Source: Ignavibacteriota bacterium
GTDB lineage: Bacteria; Bacteroidota; Ignavibacteria; Palsa-1295
Direction: 5' to 3'
Assembly (NCBI GenBank): GCA_963787835.1
Contig: CAWBEI010000005.1
Span: 32,001 to 96,000 of the forward strand
Length of the DNA stretch: 64,000 nucleotides
Within the stretch, counting starts at the first letter, position 1, and every line of letters begins with the position of its first letter. Of this stretch, positions 29,162 to 39,959 are shown in pieces. Made by a program: the position numbers and the translations under genes. The notes beneath the pieces were generated by a model, which saw nothing but the letters and a program-made list of their open reading frames with translations, searched no databases and had not been told where the DNA came from.

Positions 29162-30529
29162 CTATTGCAACGTTTTAAGAATGCAAATTCTATAAGGACC
29201 TATCCCGGGCGGTTCGGCTACACTTGGAGCGGCGCTATAAACAATGGAATGGTCGTCAGGGGACCACTCTGGAAATATGCAATCCCAATATCCTTCGGTT
29301 GTTGGGTTTGCGCTTAAAGTTCTTCGAAAACCAGTAGCGCGATCGATAATTCCGATTTCCCCTTGGTACACTTCGTCGTAATGGGAAAAGGTATTAAAAG
29401 GATAGTTGCTGTACAATATTTTCGTTCCATCATGGCTATAACGTACCCACAGAGCGGGATTCAGCGTAGCCGTATCAAAAACAACTGGTATTGTATCGAA
29501 TGTGTGAAACGCAAGGTCATACTCTATCACGAGCGGGGCACGGAACTGAGATGTAGCGCCAATGAGTAATTTTTTCCCGTCAGGACTTACGTCAAAACCG
29601 TTTACCATCTCGATTGGTCCTAAGTCGGAAATATAATGTAGTAACAGAGTTTTTGTGTTCGCCTTTCGGTCGAAAAAATAATATCCTGCATTAGGTGGAT
29701 TTGGAGTCGTATCTGACCAGTCACCGTATGTATAATAAATAATTGTATCATCTCCCCCTCGATAATAAACAGCGCTGGAAACGTATGGGGTATCAAAATA
29801 TATACTTGAACCTGATTGAGTTCCAAACTCTTCCATGGTGCCATCGAACCCCACATAGTCACTCCATGTGGTAACAGAGAGAAGATGATTTCCGTCGGAA
29901 TCTGGCGTCAAGGAGCATGTGCCAATTGGAGAAATCGCATTCAATGCGGGATTTAAAATTAGATTAGATACAAGGTTTAAGTTAGAATCAAGCTTCCAAA
30001 AACCTGGCGGCGGTGAATAATAAATTCGATTTCCGATCCACGCTGTTCCAAAGGGTTGCCCGGTCACAGTATCTTTCAAAACTGTATCAAAGTAAGTAAT
30101 GGGTAATTGTATTATGTTCGTATCGATTGCATATTCACTGAATGTAATGCTGTCAAAACTCTCACCTAAACCTCGAATAACATGAGAAGTTATTCGGAAT
30201 GAAGTGTAAGGTATATTTCCATTATTGGTGTCAAGGGCAAAATTCAAATTAAAGAATCCGACGGAATCTTTTGAAATAGTTATTGAATCAATATTTGAAC
30301 CATAAAAAATTGTTGGGTAAGTAGGAGGTGGTCCGGCATCGAAAACCTGGACTGCATTGTAGTGAGGCCATTCGGTTGGAGTGAGTTTCATGCTTTCCAA
30401 GCTATCAACACTATAGCTAACGGAATCCCCGTTCGCGAGATGGATAACCATATTCAATTGCGCGCGCGCACTAATTGCGACAAAAAAAATGGCGCAAAAG
30501 GTAAAAAACAGAGATATAACTGTTTTCAT
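29162..30529 (-). CDS. Secreted TolB/PD40-like beta-propeller protein without an evident CTD
   Basis: Signal peptide; VSPDGKKL, YSHDGTKILY, PEWSPDDHSIVY blades. Confidence 0.7.
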   Translation of the reverse strand: MKTVISLFFTFCAIFFVAISARAQLNMVIHLANGDSVSYSVDSLESMKLTPTEWPHYNAVQVFDAGPPPTYPTIFYGSNIDSITISKDSVGFFNLNFALDTNNGNIPYTSFRITSHVIRGLGESFDSITFSEYAIDTNIIQLPITYFDTVLKDTVTGQPFGTAWIGNRIYYSPPPGFWKLDSNLNLVSNLILNPALNAISPIGTCSLTPDSDGNHLLSVTTWSDYVGFDGTMEEFGTQSGSSIYFDTPYVSSAVYYRGGDDTIIYYTYGDWSDTTPNPPNAGYYFFDRKANTKTLLLHYISDLGPIEMVNGFDVSPDGKKLLIGATSQFRAPLVIEYDLAFHTFDTIPVVFDTATLNPALWVRYSHDGTKILYSNYPFNTFSHYDEVYQGEIGIIDRATGFRRTLSANPTTEGYWDCIFPEWSPDDHSIVYSAAPSVAEPPGIGPYRICILKTLQ

Positions 30530-31005
30530 TTGATAACCACCATTTCCTTCGTTTGTACTTCATTCCCGAATCGCACTTCATAGAAATACGCCCCAGTCGG
30601 CACTGGCATACCTCGATCATCAAGTCCGTCCCATGCAACTTGATTTTGTGAAGTTGTACAATTAGGCATTTCAATCTGTCGGACAACTTCTCCTTTGCTA
30701 TCGAAAATCGAAATATTTACATTTCCCAGCGTTGGGATGGAAAACTCAAAGTTTGTTCCAGCTCGTACTGGGTTCGGGAAGCTGGGTGAGACTTGCAGGC
30801 TGGGCGCATTCGGCGTGGTTTGCACCCCGCTTGCTGTTGTCGAATCGAACGTTATTTTACGAATGGAAGCGAGAGAAATCGCCACTCGTTGTCCGTTTTT
30901 GAGTTTTACAATAAGGCTATCACCAACGCCTTGTGCTTCGGCGTTACAAAAGGTAATAAGAAGTAGCAAACTAGCAAAAAAAGCTCTCATCATAGCATTC
31001 TTCAC
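30526..31005 (-). CDS. Small T9SS protein with FlgD-Ig type CTD
   Basis: Signal peptide; SFPNP..IFDSKG..WDGLDDRG..VPTGAYFY..MVVIK; 4-bp overlap with the next gene. Confidence 0.8.
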   Translation of the reverse strand: MKNAMMRAFFASLLLLITFCNAEAQGVGDSLIVKLKNGQRVAISLASIRKITFDSTTASGVQTTPNAPSLQVSPSFPNPVRAGTNFEFSIPTLGNVNISIFDSKGEVVRQIEMPNCTTSQNQVAWDGLDDRGMPVPTGAYFYEVRFGNEVQTKEMVVIK

Positions 31006-31116
31006 TCAAAATCTAAAAAATTGAACAGACTCTTAATTTAGAACACCCGAACATTCATTTCGTTTCATGAAAATACAAAGATATTATTCCGGTAATATGC
31101 CGTGCTGCAATTCACA

Positions 31117-31154
31117 AGCGCGTAGGTCGAGCGAGGATGCTCGACCTACGCGCT
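31117..31154. repeat. Perfect 16-bp palindrome, GTAG-type REP-like
   Basis: agcgcgtaggtcgagc-gaggat-gctcgacctacgcgct; no T tract. Confidence 0.75.
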
Positions 31155-31286
31155 CCTACATTGATAGTGTTGAAAAATTAACGTACAAAATGATGCACAA
31201 AAATGAATTTCATATTGATCGAATTGTAATTTCGGAATCATCCTCAAATCGATAAGATTTTGTTACCTCTTCTTTCCATGTATCCC

Positions 31287-31634
31287 ATGAAAACTGAACT
31301 TACCCGTTTCCGAATCAAGAAAGGCATGTCCGCGCGCGTGGATGAGTGGCATGCTACGCTAAATGCTCGCAAAGCCGAGTGCCTCGAAACCCTCGAACGC
31401 GAGAAGATGTACGTCGAAGCGATCTTTCGAGAAAAGATCGGCGACGAAGAGTTTATCTATTGGCTCTCCGTGCAAGGGGAGGCCGCTGAGAGCATCGAAA
31501 CATCACCATACCCGATCGACGCCATTCACCGCGAGTTCGGCGATGAATGTATCGACCGAACCTACCCTCGTGTCGATCTTGATGCAAGCGTAATGTTCCT
31601 GTTGCCCCAGATCGCTATGGCTATAAAAGAATAG
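31287..31634 (+). CDS. DUF6176-like protein
   Basis: E..ETLEREKMYVEAIFRE..IDAIH pattern; start chosen at MKTELTRF. Confidence 0.65.
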   Translation: MKTELTRFRIKKGMSARVDEWHATLNARKAECLETLEREKMYVEAIFREKIGDEEFIYWLSVQGEAAESIETSPYPIDAIHREFGDECIDRTYPRVDLDASVMFLLPQIAMAIKE

Positions 31635-31772
31635 CGAAAAAGCCTCAAATATCCCTCAATTTCTCTCAAAAAAAGGACTTAATCATCCCATAATTTCGTT
31701 ATCATTTATGCCCCTAAAACAGGGGAATCCCCATTTTTTATTACAATAGCAATCCATTCGTATCTGATTTTT

Positions 31773-31870
31773 TGAGATCGAGTAGATTTGTGAGATTTGC
31801 CTATTCTAATCTCATAAATCCCAATAATCCAAGCATCGTGGGCGATGCGATAAATCACGGTTCAGACAAT
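31773..31870. repeat. GATT/AATC short-period intergenic repeat element
   Basis: gagatt.. units followed by aatctcataaatcccaataatcc..aaatcacggttcagacaa. Related copies at 9027-9066, 26647-26679, 60941-61048 and 61599-61688. Confidence 0.65.
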
Positions 31871-31871
31871 T

Positions 31872-34391
31872 ATGGCAACCATTACCGAAAAGATATTACC
31901 CCGTCAGCTTGAAGATGAAATGCGCGATTCGTACATCGACTATTCGATGTCCGTCATCGTCTCGCGCGCGTTGCCGGATGTTCGCGATGGACTGAAGCCG
32001 GTTCATCGCCGCGTGCTCTATGGGATGAATGAGCTGGGGTTGGGGCCGAACCGCCCATACAAGAAAAGTGCTCGCGTGGTTGGCGAAGTACTTGGTAAAT
32101 ATCATCCGCATGGCGATGTGGCTGTGTATGACACGATCGTTCGCATGGCGCAGGATTTTTCGATGCGTTATCCGTTGGTGCAGGGACAGGGTAATTTCGG
32201 TTCCGTAGATGGCGATCCGCCGGCGGCCATGCGTTATACCGAAGCACGTATGACGCCGCTTGCGATAGAAATGCTGCGCGATCTCGAAAAAGAGACCGTC
32301 GATTTCGGTCCGAACTTTGACGATACGCTCCAGCAGCCGCTCGTCATGCCGGCGAGCATCCCGAACCTGCTTGTCAATGGTTCCACAGGTATTGCCGTCG
32401 GAATGGCAACGAATATCCCGCCGCATAATCTTACGGAAGTGGTGAACGGGTGCCTTGCCTATATTAAAGATAACAACATCACGAGCGTGGACCTGATGAA
32501 GTATATCACTGCGCCCGATTTCCCGACGGGTGGAATTATTTATGGCTACGAAGGCGTCCGCGATGCCTATACGACGGGCCGAGGCCGAGTCCTCGTTCGC
32601 GCGCGCGCAACGATCGAAACCTCAAAGAATGACCGCGAATCTATTATAGTCACCGAACTTCCATATCAGGTCAACAAAGCCAATCTCATCGAGAAAATGG
32701 CTGAGTTCGTGCGCGATAAAAAGCTCGAAGGCATATCGGACATTCGCGATGAGTCCGATAAGGATGGCCTTCGCGTGGTGATCGAGCTAAAACGCGACGC
32801 CATCGCAAAAGTGGTGCTGAACAATTTGTACAAGCACACCCAAATGCAAACGACGTTCGGCGTCATCATGCTTTCACTGGTGAAGGGTGTGCCGCGCGTG
32901 CTGGAATTGCGCTCGATGATAAAATATTACATCGAGCATAGGAACGATGTTGTGCTTCGCCGCACAAAATATGATCTCGATCAGGCCGAGAAGCGCGCGC
33001 ATATCTTAGAGGGATACATCATTGCGCTCGATAATATTGAGGAAGTCATTAAGACCATCCGAGGATCGAAAGATACCGAAACGGCCCAGAACCGGTTGAT
33101 GAAGCAGTTCAAGCTTTCCGAAATTCAGGCAAAAGCGATTCTCGATATGCGTTTGCAGCGCCTCACCGGTCTGGAGCGCGAGAAAATTCAGGCGGAGTAC
33201 CGCGATCTGCTTCAGCAGATAGAAAAGTTCAAATCCATCATTGCTTCACCGGAACTTCAGATGAAGATCATTGGCGATGAGCTGACTGAGATCCGCAATA
33301 AATATGGCGATAAACGCCGCACGGAGATCGTTTATGACACTAAGGATTTCACGATCGAGGATATGATCGCGGAGGAAGACGTCGTGGTAACGATCTCTCA
33401 CGGCGGATTTATCAAGCGGTTCCCGGTCTCCGGCTATCGCCGGCAGGGACGTGGCGGCAAAGGCATCACCGGCGCTGCAACGCGCGAGGATGATTTTATC
33501 GAGCACATGTTCATTGCATCGACGCATCATTATATCATGTTCTTCACGGACCGTGGGCGTTGCTATTGGCTGAAAGTGCATGAAGTTCCGGAAGCGGGCC
33601 GTACTTCAAAAGGCCGTTCTATCGCCAATCTGCTCGAAAAACCGCCGGAAGAACGCATCACCGCGTTCATCAACGTTAAGCAATTCGATGAAGCGCATTT
33701 TGTTACGATGGTTACCGAGCATGGCACGATCAAGAAGACCGTGCTCTCGGCATTCGGCAACATTCGCCGCGGAGGCGTCTTTGCTATCACGCTCGATGAG
33801 AAGGATTCCCTTAAAGATGTTCGCCTGACCAATGGCCAGCAAGAGATCATCATTGGTACACACGAAGGTATGGCCTGCCGCTTTAATGAAAAAGATGTAC
33901 GCGATATGGGGCGCACGGCCGCCGGTGTTCGCGGCGTTCGGCTCGACGAAGGTGACCGCGTGATCGGCATGATCGCGCCAAGTCGTTCCGGAACCACGGT
34001 GCTTGTGGTTAGCGAAGAAGGTTACGGCAAACGCAGCGAAGTTTCGGATTACCGCCTCACGCGCCGTGGCGGCAAAGGTGTCATCACCATGAAGGCCACG
34101 GAGAAGACCGGCAAGCTCGTTGCAATGAAGGAAGTCGTGGATAACGACGACCTCATCTGCGTAACGAAGGATGGCCTTGTGATTCGCCAGCATGTCGCGG
34201 AAATTCGCGTCATGGGACGCAACACGCAGGGCGTCCGCGTAGTACGCCTAAACGAAGGCGACCGCCTCGCCGCCGTTGCTAACGTTCCCGCTGATGAAGA
34301 TAAGGAAATCGATGAAGCCGAAGCCTCTTCCGGAAAGAAACCCACGCCGCCTCCGCCAATCGAGGAGCAGGGGAGTATTTTTGGGGGATGA
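31872..34391 (+). CDS. gyrA: DNA gyrase subunit A
   Basis: [30 protein letters not shown], GyrA-box QGRGGKG and a C-terminal pinwheel. Confidence 0.99.
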   Translation: MATITEKILPRQLEDEMRDSYIDYSMSVIVSRALPDVRDGLKPVHRRVLYGMNELGLGPNRPYKKSARVVGEVLGKYHPHGDVAVYDTIVRMAQDFSMRYPLVQGQGNFGSVDGDPPAAMRYTEARMTPLAIEMLRDLEKETVDFGPNFDDTLQQPLVMPASIPNLLVNGSTGIAVGMATNIPPHNLTEVVNGCLAYIKDNNITSVDLMKYITAPDFPTGGIIYGYEGVRDAYTTGRGRVLVRARATIETSKNDRESIIVTELPYQVNKANLIEKMAEFVRDKKLEGISDIRDESDKDGLRVVIELKRDAIAKVVLNNLYKHTQMQTTFGVIMLSLVKGVPRVLELRSMIKYYIEHRNDVVLRRTKYDLDQAEKRAHILEGYIIALDNIEEVIKTIRGSKDTETAQNRLMKQFKLSEIQAKAILDMRLQRLTGLEREKIQAEYRDLLQQIEKFKSIIASPELQMKIIGDELTEIRNKYGDKRRTEIVYDTKDFTIEDMIAEEDVVVTISHGGFIKRFPVSGYRRQGRGGKGITGAATREDDFIEHMFIASTHHYIMFFTDRGRCYWLKVHEVPEAGRTSKGRSIANLLEKPPEERITAFINVKQFDEAHFVTMVTEHGTIKKTVLSAFGNIRRGGVFAITLDEKDSLKDVRLTNGQQEIIIGTHEGMACRFNEKDVRDMGRTAAGVRGVRLDEGDRVIGMIAPSRSGTTVLVVSEEGYGKRSEVSDYRLTRRGGKGVITMKATEKTGKLVAMKEVVDNDDLICVTKDGLVIRQHVAEIRVMGRNTQGVRVVRLNEGDRLAAVANVPADEDKEIDEAEASSGKKPTPPPPIEEQGSIFGG

Positions 34392-34663
34392 TTAAATCCG
34401 TCCAATTTCTGATCACGCGCTGCAAGAAATTGCTGCAGCGAAAGCTCAGTTTGGATGAGGTCGTAGCGCTTTTGAGGAGGGCGATTCAGGTCGTTCCTGA
34501 CCAAGATGATGAAGATCGAACGATTTATCAGGAGCAGATAATGAGCCGCAGAGGGAAACTTCTTCTACTCCGCGCCGTTGTCGAAGAGGATGAAAATGAG
34601 ATCGTAGTCGTGACAGCCTACGTCACAACACAAATAAGACGATATTGGAGGGAATTACGATGA
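34388..34663 (+). CDS. DUF4258 family putative toxin (N-terminal motif scrambled, see findings)
   Basis: [15 protein letters not shown]-terminus; coupled to a DUF2283 gene; SDHALQE present in the shifted frame. Confidence 0.7.
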   Translation: MIKSVQFLITRCKKLLQRKLSLDEVVALLRRAIQVVPDQDDEDRTIYQEQIMSRRGKLLLLRAVVEEDENEIVVVTAYVTTQIRRYWRELR

Positions 34664-34869
34664 CATTAGATTACGACAAGATCACTGACAGTCTCTCAAT
34701 TAAGTTCAGAACGGCTGAGATCGAAGAGTCTGACGAAATCAGTCCCGGCGTGCTGGTCGATCTTGACTACGCGGGAGGGATGGTCTCGCTCGAAATCCTG
34801 AATGCCTCAAAAAAAGTAGATTCAGTTGAGGCTATTGTGATTAATTCAAAGAGGGTATTAGTTGACTAA
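34660..34869 (+). CDS. DUF2283 family putative antitoxin
   Basis: YDKITDSLSI..ESDEISPGVLVD.D..G..SLEILNASK; ATGA overlap with the upstream gene. Confidence 0.85.
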   Translation: MTLDYDKITDSLSIKFRTAEIEESDEISPGVLVDLDYAGGMVSLEILNASKKVDSVEAIVINSKRVLVD

Positions 34870-34874
34870 TAAAC

Positions 34875-34905
34875 AAAATGGTCTGGCTTTCGCCAGACCG
34901 TTTTT
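34875..34905. terminator. Bidirectional intrinsic terminator
   Basis: aaaa-tggtctggc-tttc-gccagaccg-ttttt between convergent units. Confidence 0.8.
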
Positions 34906-34907
34906 CC

Positions 34908-35220
<313 letters not shown>

Positions 35221-35255
35221 AAAAAGAAAAGCATGGCAAGATCGCCATGCATTTT
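35221..35255 (-). terminator. Intrinsic terminator immediately after tRNA-fMet
   Basis: Minus strand gcatggc-gatctt-gccatgc-ttttcttttt; directly abuts the GIY-YIG ATG. Confidence 0.75.
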
Positions 35256-35256
35256 G

Positions 35257-35328
<72 letters not shown>

Positions 35329-35404
35329 ATCTTGTTGTGCGCACCTAACTTGTATGTGCCTCTCATCGTTCCTATCGGCTCACACCCGGTAAAGTTTGAA
35401 ATAT

Positions 35405-36025
35405 TTATTGTTTCTTCTCTGCCTCCGAGATCGCATCGAGCAATTTTGCTTCAGAAACGTACCCTTCGAACGTTGCGGATATTTTTCGTTTGAGCGTGAT
35501 AACGAATGTGGTTGGTACCACGTCGATCCCGCTATAGGTATATCCGAAATCGGGGCTGCCAATGAGAAGCTGAAAGGGAATATTTTGTGTACGAGCAAAG
35601 GAATCGATCCGCCGAACGGCTTTGCCATTTAAGACGCCCTCTTTCATGGAAACCCCAAGATAGAGTACGTTGGTATCTCCGGAGGATCGAGCGCTGTCAA
35701 GTGTCGCCAACTCATTCACTGCTGCTGGCGACCATGTTCCAAAGAACGAGAGCACAACCACTTTGTCATAGAACTCGTACATTTCATGCACTTTGCCGGT
35801 AGAATCGTACCATCCGAAATTCGTAGCCCGATTTGCAGATGAGATCCTATCCCAATATTTGATCTCAGAGACGTTGTGCAGGTAATGCGGGCCGGTCGAA
35901 TCTAACACAATCGCTGGAGGAACGAAAGCCGTTCTAACAGAGGTCGAGCAACTTTGAAACGCCACAGATGCAATGACGGCACTAAACAACAGCCAGCCCG
36001 GAAGAAAGAAATTGTTTTTGTTCAC
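35405..36025 (-). CDS. TlpA/ResA-like thioredoxin-fold lipoprotein lacking CxxC
   Basis: Lipobox FQSC; KVVVLSFFGTWSPAAVNE and VVPTTFVI (cis-Pro) motifs. Confidence 0.78.
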   Translation of the reverse strand: MNKNNFFLPGWLLFSAVIASVAFQSCSTSVRTAFVPPAIVLDSTGPHYLHNVSEIKYWDRISSANRATNFGWYDSTGKVHEMYEFYDKVVVLSFFGTWSPAAVNELATLDSARSSGDTNVLYLGVSMKEGVLNGKAVRRIDSFARTQNIPFQLLIGSPDFGYTYSGIDVVPTTFVITLKRKISATFEGYVSEAKLLDAISEAEKKQ

Positions 36026-36028
36026 GAT

Positions 36029-36721
36029 TCAAATTTTTCCTTCGAGCATGCGCGCGAGCATGGCACGAGCACGATGGAGATGAACTTTTACGGTTCCCAT
36101 CGGGAGCTTAAGCACTCGAGCGATCTCCTCATATTCCATGTCCTCGTTGTGGCGCAGGCGGATAATACGCTTGTAATTTTCAGGAAGCTCGTCGATGGCT
36201 TGCTCGATCAGGCTGGTTCGTTCACCGGAGAGCATGATGTCATCCGGAACCCACGAAGAATCGCTGATCTCATATTCCCGACCCTCTTCATCCGGTTTTC
36301 CAGCCATCGAGATCGGCGGTGAACTGATGGAAAACGCGTTAAGCTTTCTGCGGCGCAAATAGTCGATAGCATGGTTGGTGGCAATGCGATACAGCCATGT
36401 CGAGAAGGCGTATTCCTCAGAGTAGGAATTGAGATGCAGCATTGCCTTTGTTAACGCTTCCTGAACCAAGTCCTCGACCTCATCGCTGGAAGCACTGCGA
36501 ACCATCGGGCGAATGAGGCGTTCAACACCATGCCGGTGACGCTTTACAAGTTCATTGAACGCAAGTTGATCGCCAGCGCGTGCGCGCTGCACCAGGAGCT
36601 TATCCTCTTGTTGCTTTACCGTTCCAGCCGGACGAGCCGGTGCCGTTGGCTGCTCCGCCTCATTGGCGCTCGGGCCGGGCAGCTCTGGTTCGGAAACGCT
36701 TTTATGTGCTCGGGGACTCAA
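36029..36721 (-). CDS. ECF RNA polymerase sigma-70 factor
   Basis: GDQLAFNELV, EDLVQE, FSTWLYRIATN, YEEIA..GTVKVHLHRAR. Confidence 0.95.
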   Translation of the reverse strand: MSPRAHKSVSEPELPGPSANEAEQPTAPARPAGTVKQQEDKLLVQRARAGDQLAFNELVKRHRHGVERLIRPMVRSASSDEVEDLVQEALTKAMLHLNSYSEEYAFSTWLYRIATNHAIDYLRRRKLNAFSISSPPISMAGKPDEEGREYEISDSSWVPDDIMLSGERTSLIEQAIDELPENYKRIIRLRHNEDMEYEEIARVLKLPMGTVKVHLHRARAMLARMLEGKI

Positions 36722-36775
36722 GTCCTCTTCAACTGGTAATTAACAGGAGTGATTCTCTAAAATAATCTCAATATG

Positions 36776-37798
36776 CTAAATAACATCGATATTTTCGAGG
36801 CCGCCATAGATATCGTACCACGGTTTAGCATTTGCATAGATGACTTTATTTAACATTTCAATATTCTGAACTCCGCGTTCCGAAAGCCACGCTTCTAACG
36901 CTTGTACTCCCTTGCTTCCGAAGATCGGGATCCCATCCTGCCAGGTAGCTCGGCCGCAGAGCACTCCGGAAAATTTGGCGCCCGCTTCGCCTGCGAGCGC
37001 GATCGTTTCGCGGAATTCCTCATCGGTCACACCGGCGCTCAGATAAATAAATGGTTTAGTTGCAGCATCGGAGGCTTCTCGGAACAGGCGTTTTGCTTCC
37101 TCGCGTGAATAAGCAGGCTCGCCTCCAGCGAACGAAGCAGTATCGGCAACGAATTTCATGTTCACAGGAACTTCTACCTTTAGAACATCGACGCCATAAC
37201 GGTCGGAAGAAAATTCCTTCATATAGGCTGCGACGTAGGCAGGCTTTAATTTTGCGAACTCCAACGATTTTTCATCCTGCGCATTATCATACGCCAATAC
37301 TTCAAGGAAGAACGGTCGATCAACGGCCTCACACTCTGCCCCTATGCGTTCGATGAATGCATGCTTCCGGTGATTGATCCTTTCATCATCGAACGGATTG
37401 TAATACAACAGAATTTTTATCGCATCTGCACCAGCTTCTGCGAGACGGAGTACGCTCCAGTCATCCAACAGATCGGGCATGCGTCCAGCGACCGTTGCAT
37501 CGTAGCCGGTCTTTTCATACGACAGCAGAACTCCGGTTCCCTGCGCGCGGGCATCGAGAGCCTGTAAGCCATACTCCGGGTCCATGAGAAGTGCCGTTGC
37601 ATGTGGAGTAAGAACTTTCGTAACAGAAACCTTGAATTGGGTTAGATCTGCATCGGTGGCATCATGACCCATTGCCTTAGCAATGCTCTTTTTCAGCGAA
37701 CCCCGCTGATCCATGGCGGCAGCGGCAATAGTGCCATCGGAGCCTGCGCAGGCTTGAATTCCCTGAAATTTCCCTCTCGTGATCTTAAATTTTGACAT
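36776..37798 (-). CDS. lacD: Tagatose-1,6-bisphosphate aldolase (LacD family class I aldolase)
   Basis: AMDQRGSLKK, LMDPEYG, SYEKTGYD, DVLKVEVPVN, YLSAGV, GVLCGRATW. Confidence 0.9.
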   Translation of the reverse strand: MSKFKITRGKFQGIQACAGSDGTIAAAAMDQRGSLKKSIAKAMGHDATDADLTQFKVSVTKVLTPHATALLMDPEYGLQALDARAQGTGVLLSYEKTGYDATVAGRMPDLLDDWSVLRLAEAGADAIKILLYYNPFDDERINHRKHAFIERIGAECEAVDRPFFLEVLAYDNAQDEKSLEFAKLKPAYVAAYMKEFSSDRYGVDVLKVEVPVNMKFVADTASFAGGEPAYSREEAKRLFREASDAATKPFIYLSAGVTDEEFRETIALAGEAGAKFSGVLCGRATWQDGIPIFGSKGVQALEAWLSERGVQNIEMLNKVIYANAKPWYDIYGGLENIDVI

Positions 37799-37806
37799 TC
37801 CTAAAA

Positions 37807-38517
37807 TTATACTGCTATCGTTCGTGGTTGGTTACAGGCACGGCGCATCTCGCGCAATGTTTCTGCAGGGTTTGCTGTATCAAATACGCCGGAACCTGAA
37901 ACGACCACGTCCACTCCCGATTCATACACGAGTGTAATGTTATCGAGTTTTATGCCGCCGTCCGCTTCGATGAGGCATTCGAATCCTTCGCGGTCGATCC
38001 AATTTCTTAGCGTCCGCGCGCGCCGAAAGAGGGAAGGAATAAACGATTGCCCACCGAAGCCCGGATTCACGCTCATCAATAACACGAGATCGACATTGGG
38101 AAGGATCTCTTCCAGAAGCGCGAGTGGTGTAGCAGGATTAAGTGCAACCCCTGCTTTTACGCCCAGCGATCTAATATGCGCGATGGTACGGTTCAGATGA
38201 ATGCACGCCTCCTGATGCACGGTGATAAGATCCGCGCCCGAATTTACAAATTGTGGGATGTAGGTATCCGGATCTTCGATCATCAGATGCACATCGAGCG
38301 TGAGTTTGGTGATCGGGCGCAATGCCTCAACGATGATCGGCCCAACAGTAATGTTTGGCACGAAGTGTCCATCCATTACGTCGATATGCAGCCACTCTGC
38401 GCCGCCATTTTCAGCCTCTCGGACGCTCGATTCGAGCATGGCAAAATTCGCCGATAGCAACGATGGCGAAAGCGTGATGCTCTTTCGGGATTGTTGATCA
38501 GTGTTTGTTACGGTCAC
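37807..38517 (-). CDS. rpe: Ribulose-phosphate 3-epimerase
   Basis: PSLLSANF, HIDVMDGHFVPN, MSVNPGFGGQ, DGGI. Confidence 0.97.
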   Translation of the reverse strand: MTVTNTDQQSRKSITLSPSLLSANFAMLESSVREAENGGAEWLHIDVMDGHFVPNITVGPIIVEALRPITKLTLDVHLMIEDPDTYIPQFVNSGADLITVHQEACIHLNRTIAHIRSLGVKAGVALNPATPLALLEEILPNVDLVLLMSVNPGFGGQSFIPSLFRRARTLRNWIDREGFECLIEADGGIKLDNITLVYESGVDVVVSGSGVFDTANPAETLREMRRACNQPRTIAV

Positions 38518-38540
38518 GCGATAAGATCGAGGGCAGGTTC

Positions 38541-38577
38541 AAAAAAATACGGCAGTCCGTAAAAACGGACTGCCGTA
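38541..38577 (-). terminator. Intrinsic terminator
   Basis: tacggcagtccgt / acggactgccgta stem with a minus-strand T tract. Confidence 0.85.
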
Positions 38578-38603
38578 GGTAACAATCGAAAATGCGGAAT
38601 CGG

Positions 38604-39713
38604 TCAGTGATTCGTAGTTGCACCGCCTGTAGATGCGTCTGCGCTAATTTTATCGAACTTCGCTTTTTGTTTGGTCAAATCAGCATAAAGCTTTTTATCT
38701 TTTGCGGGATCGAGCAGTGCAAGCGCGCTGGATTCCACTTCGGATGCCTCGGAAGCTTTTCCCATCTTGAAGAGTACTTCGGCTCGGGTATCCATTACGG
38801 ACGCCTTATCCTGCGCGGAAGTGGAGAGTATGACTGCGCGCTTTGCATAGTCTTCCGCCTGGTCGAGTAGAACTCCTTTTTCCGCAGCGGTCCACGCGAA
38901 GTAGTTAAAGGTTTGCGCGTCTCTCGGGTGTTTCATCGCCCACTGATCCATCCGGCGCCCGGCATCCTCCGGATGTTTGGATTGGAAGTCATGCCGGAGC
39001 AGCATCATGTTTGCCTGATCGGCATCGACTTCATCGGGATATTGCTTCATTGCAGCTTCAAGCGTTTTGATCTGCTCATCACCGGTGGATAGAAAACCTA
39101 CGCCGTAGGTTGCTTCGGCATTTTGTCCGAGTTTGTTATCGGGGTCGAGAGCAAGCACTTTCTGGAATGCTGCAAGCGCTTTGGTATTCTGATTTTGCTG
39201 TGCATAATAATTTGCTGCAACCATCCATTTCTTGGCATCGGTTGTAGGATTCGGGCCTTCCACTTCATTAACGATCGCTTTTGCACCACCGGCGGCTGCA
39301 ACTTCAAGCGAACGGGCAAATCTCGCGGCATCCTCATAGCCGACAACGCGGTCGATCTCGTTGCCATCCTGATCGAAAAACACGATGGTCGGATATCCGC
39401 TGACCTTGCTGGCCTTGGCAAGCGCAATTCCTTCGCCCTTTTCTGCATCGATCTTTACAGAAATGAACTTGGCATCGGTGATCTTTCCGACATTTTCATC
39501 GGAATACGTATTCTTGTCGAGCGTTTTGCACCATACGCACCATGTGGTATAAAAATCGACCATAATGGCCTTGTGCTCTTTTGCCGCGATCGCCTTTGCC
39601 TGATCGAAGGTGATGTCTTTGAAGTGAACTTCAGCGCGCAACGATCCGCTGGTCACAATGATAAAGATCGCAGCAACGATCCATAAAACTTTTGTGCGAA
39701 AAAGTGATTTCAT
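38604..39713 (-). CDS. Exported thioredoxin-family protein with TPR repeats
   Basis: Signal peptide; VDFYTTWCVWCK, GYPTIVF; TPR helices. Confidence 0.85.
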   Translation of the reverse strand: MKSLFRTKVLWIVAAIFIIVTSGSLRAEVHFKDITFDQAKAIAAKEHKAIMVDFYTTWCVWCKTLDKNTYSDENVGKITDAKFISVKIDAEKGEGIALAKASKVSGYPTIVFFDQDGNEIDRVVGYEDAARFARSLEVAAAGGAKAIVNEVEGPNPTTDAKKWMVAANYYAQQNQNTKALAAFQKVLALDPDNKLGQNAEATYGVGFLSTGDEQIKTLEAAMKQYPDEVDADQANMMLLRHDFQSKHPEDAGRRMDQWAMKHPRDAQTFNYFAWTAAEKGVLLDQAEDYAKRAVILSTSAQDKASVMDTRAEVLFKMGKASEASEVESSALALLDPAKDKKLYADLTKQKAKFDKISADASTGGATTNH

Positions 39714-39922
39714 ACGTTATTTCCTTTCGGTGACTGATCCAAGAACCGGTAATTGAACTAATGAGTGTAAACATACAAACACACGAAGACCACGAAATGA
39801 GTTCATTTAAGAGCATTAATAAACTACGTGCAATTTGTTGACTTTGGCAGCTTTTTTGAGCGAGATCTCTTTGGAAAAAAGGATCAGATTATTAGAAACG
39901 GGTGATGTTCATGAAATGATTT

Positions 39923-39959
39923 AAAATAAAAAAGCGCCGGGTTTGCCCTCCCGGCGCTT
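39923..39959 (-). terminator. Intrinsic terminator
   Basis: Minus strand aagcgccggg-agggcaaa-cccggcgc-ttttttatttt. Confidence 0.8.
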
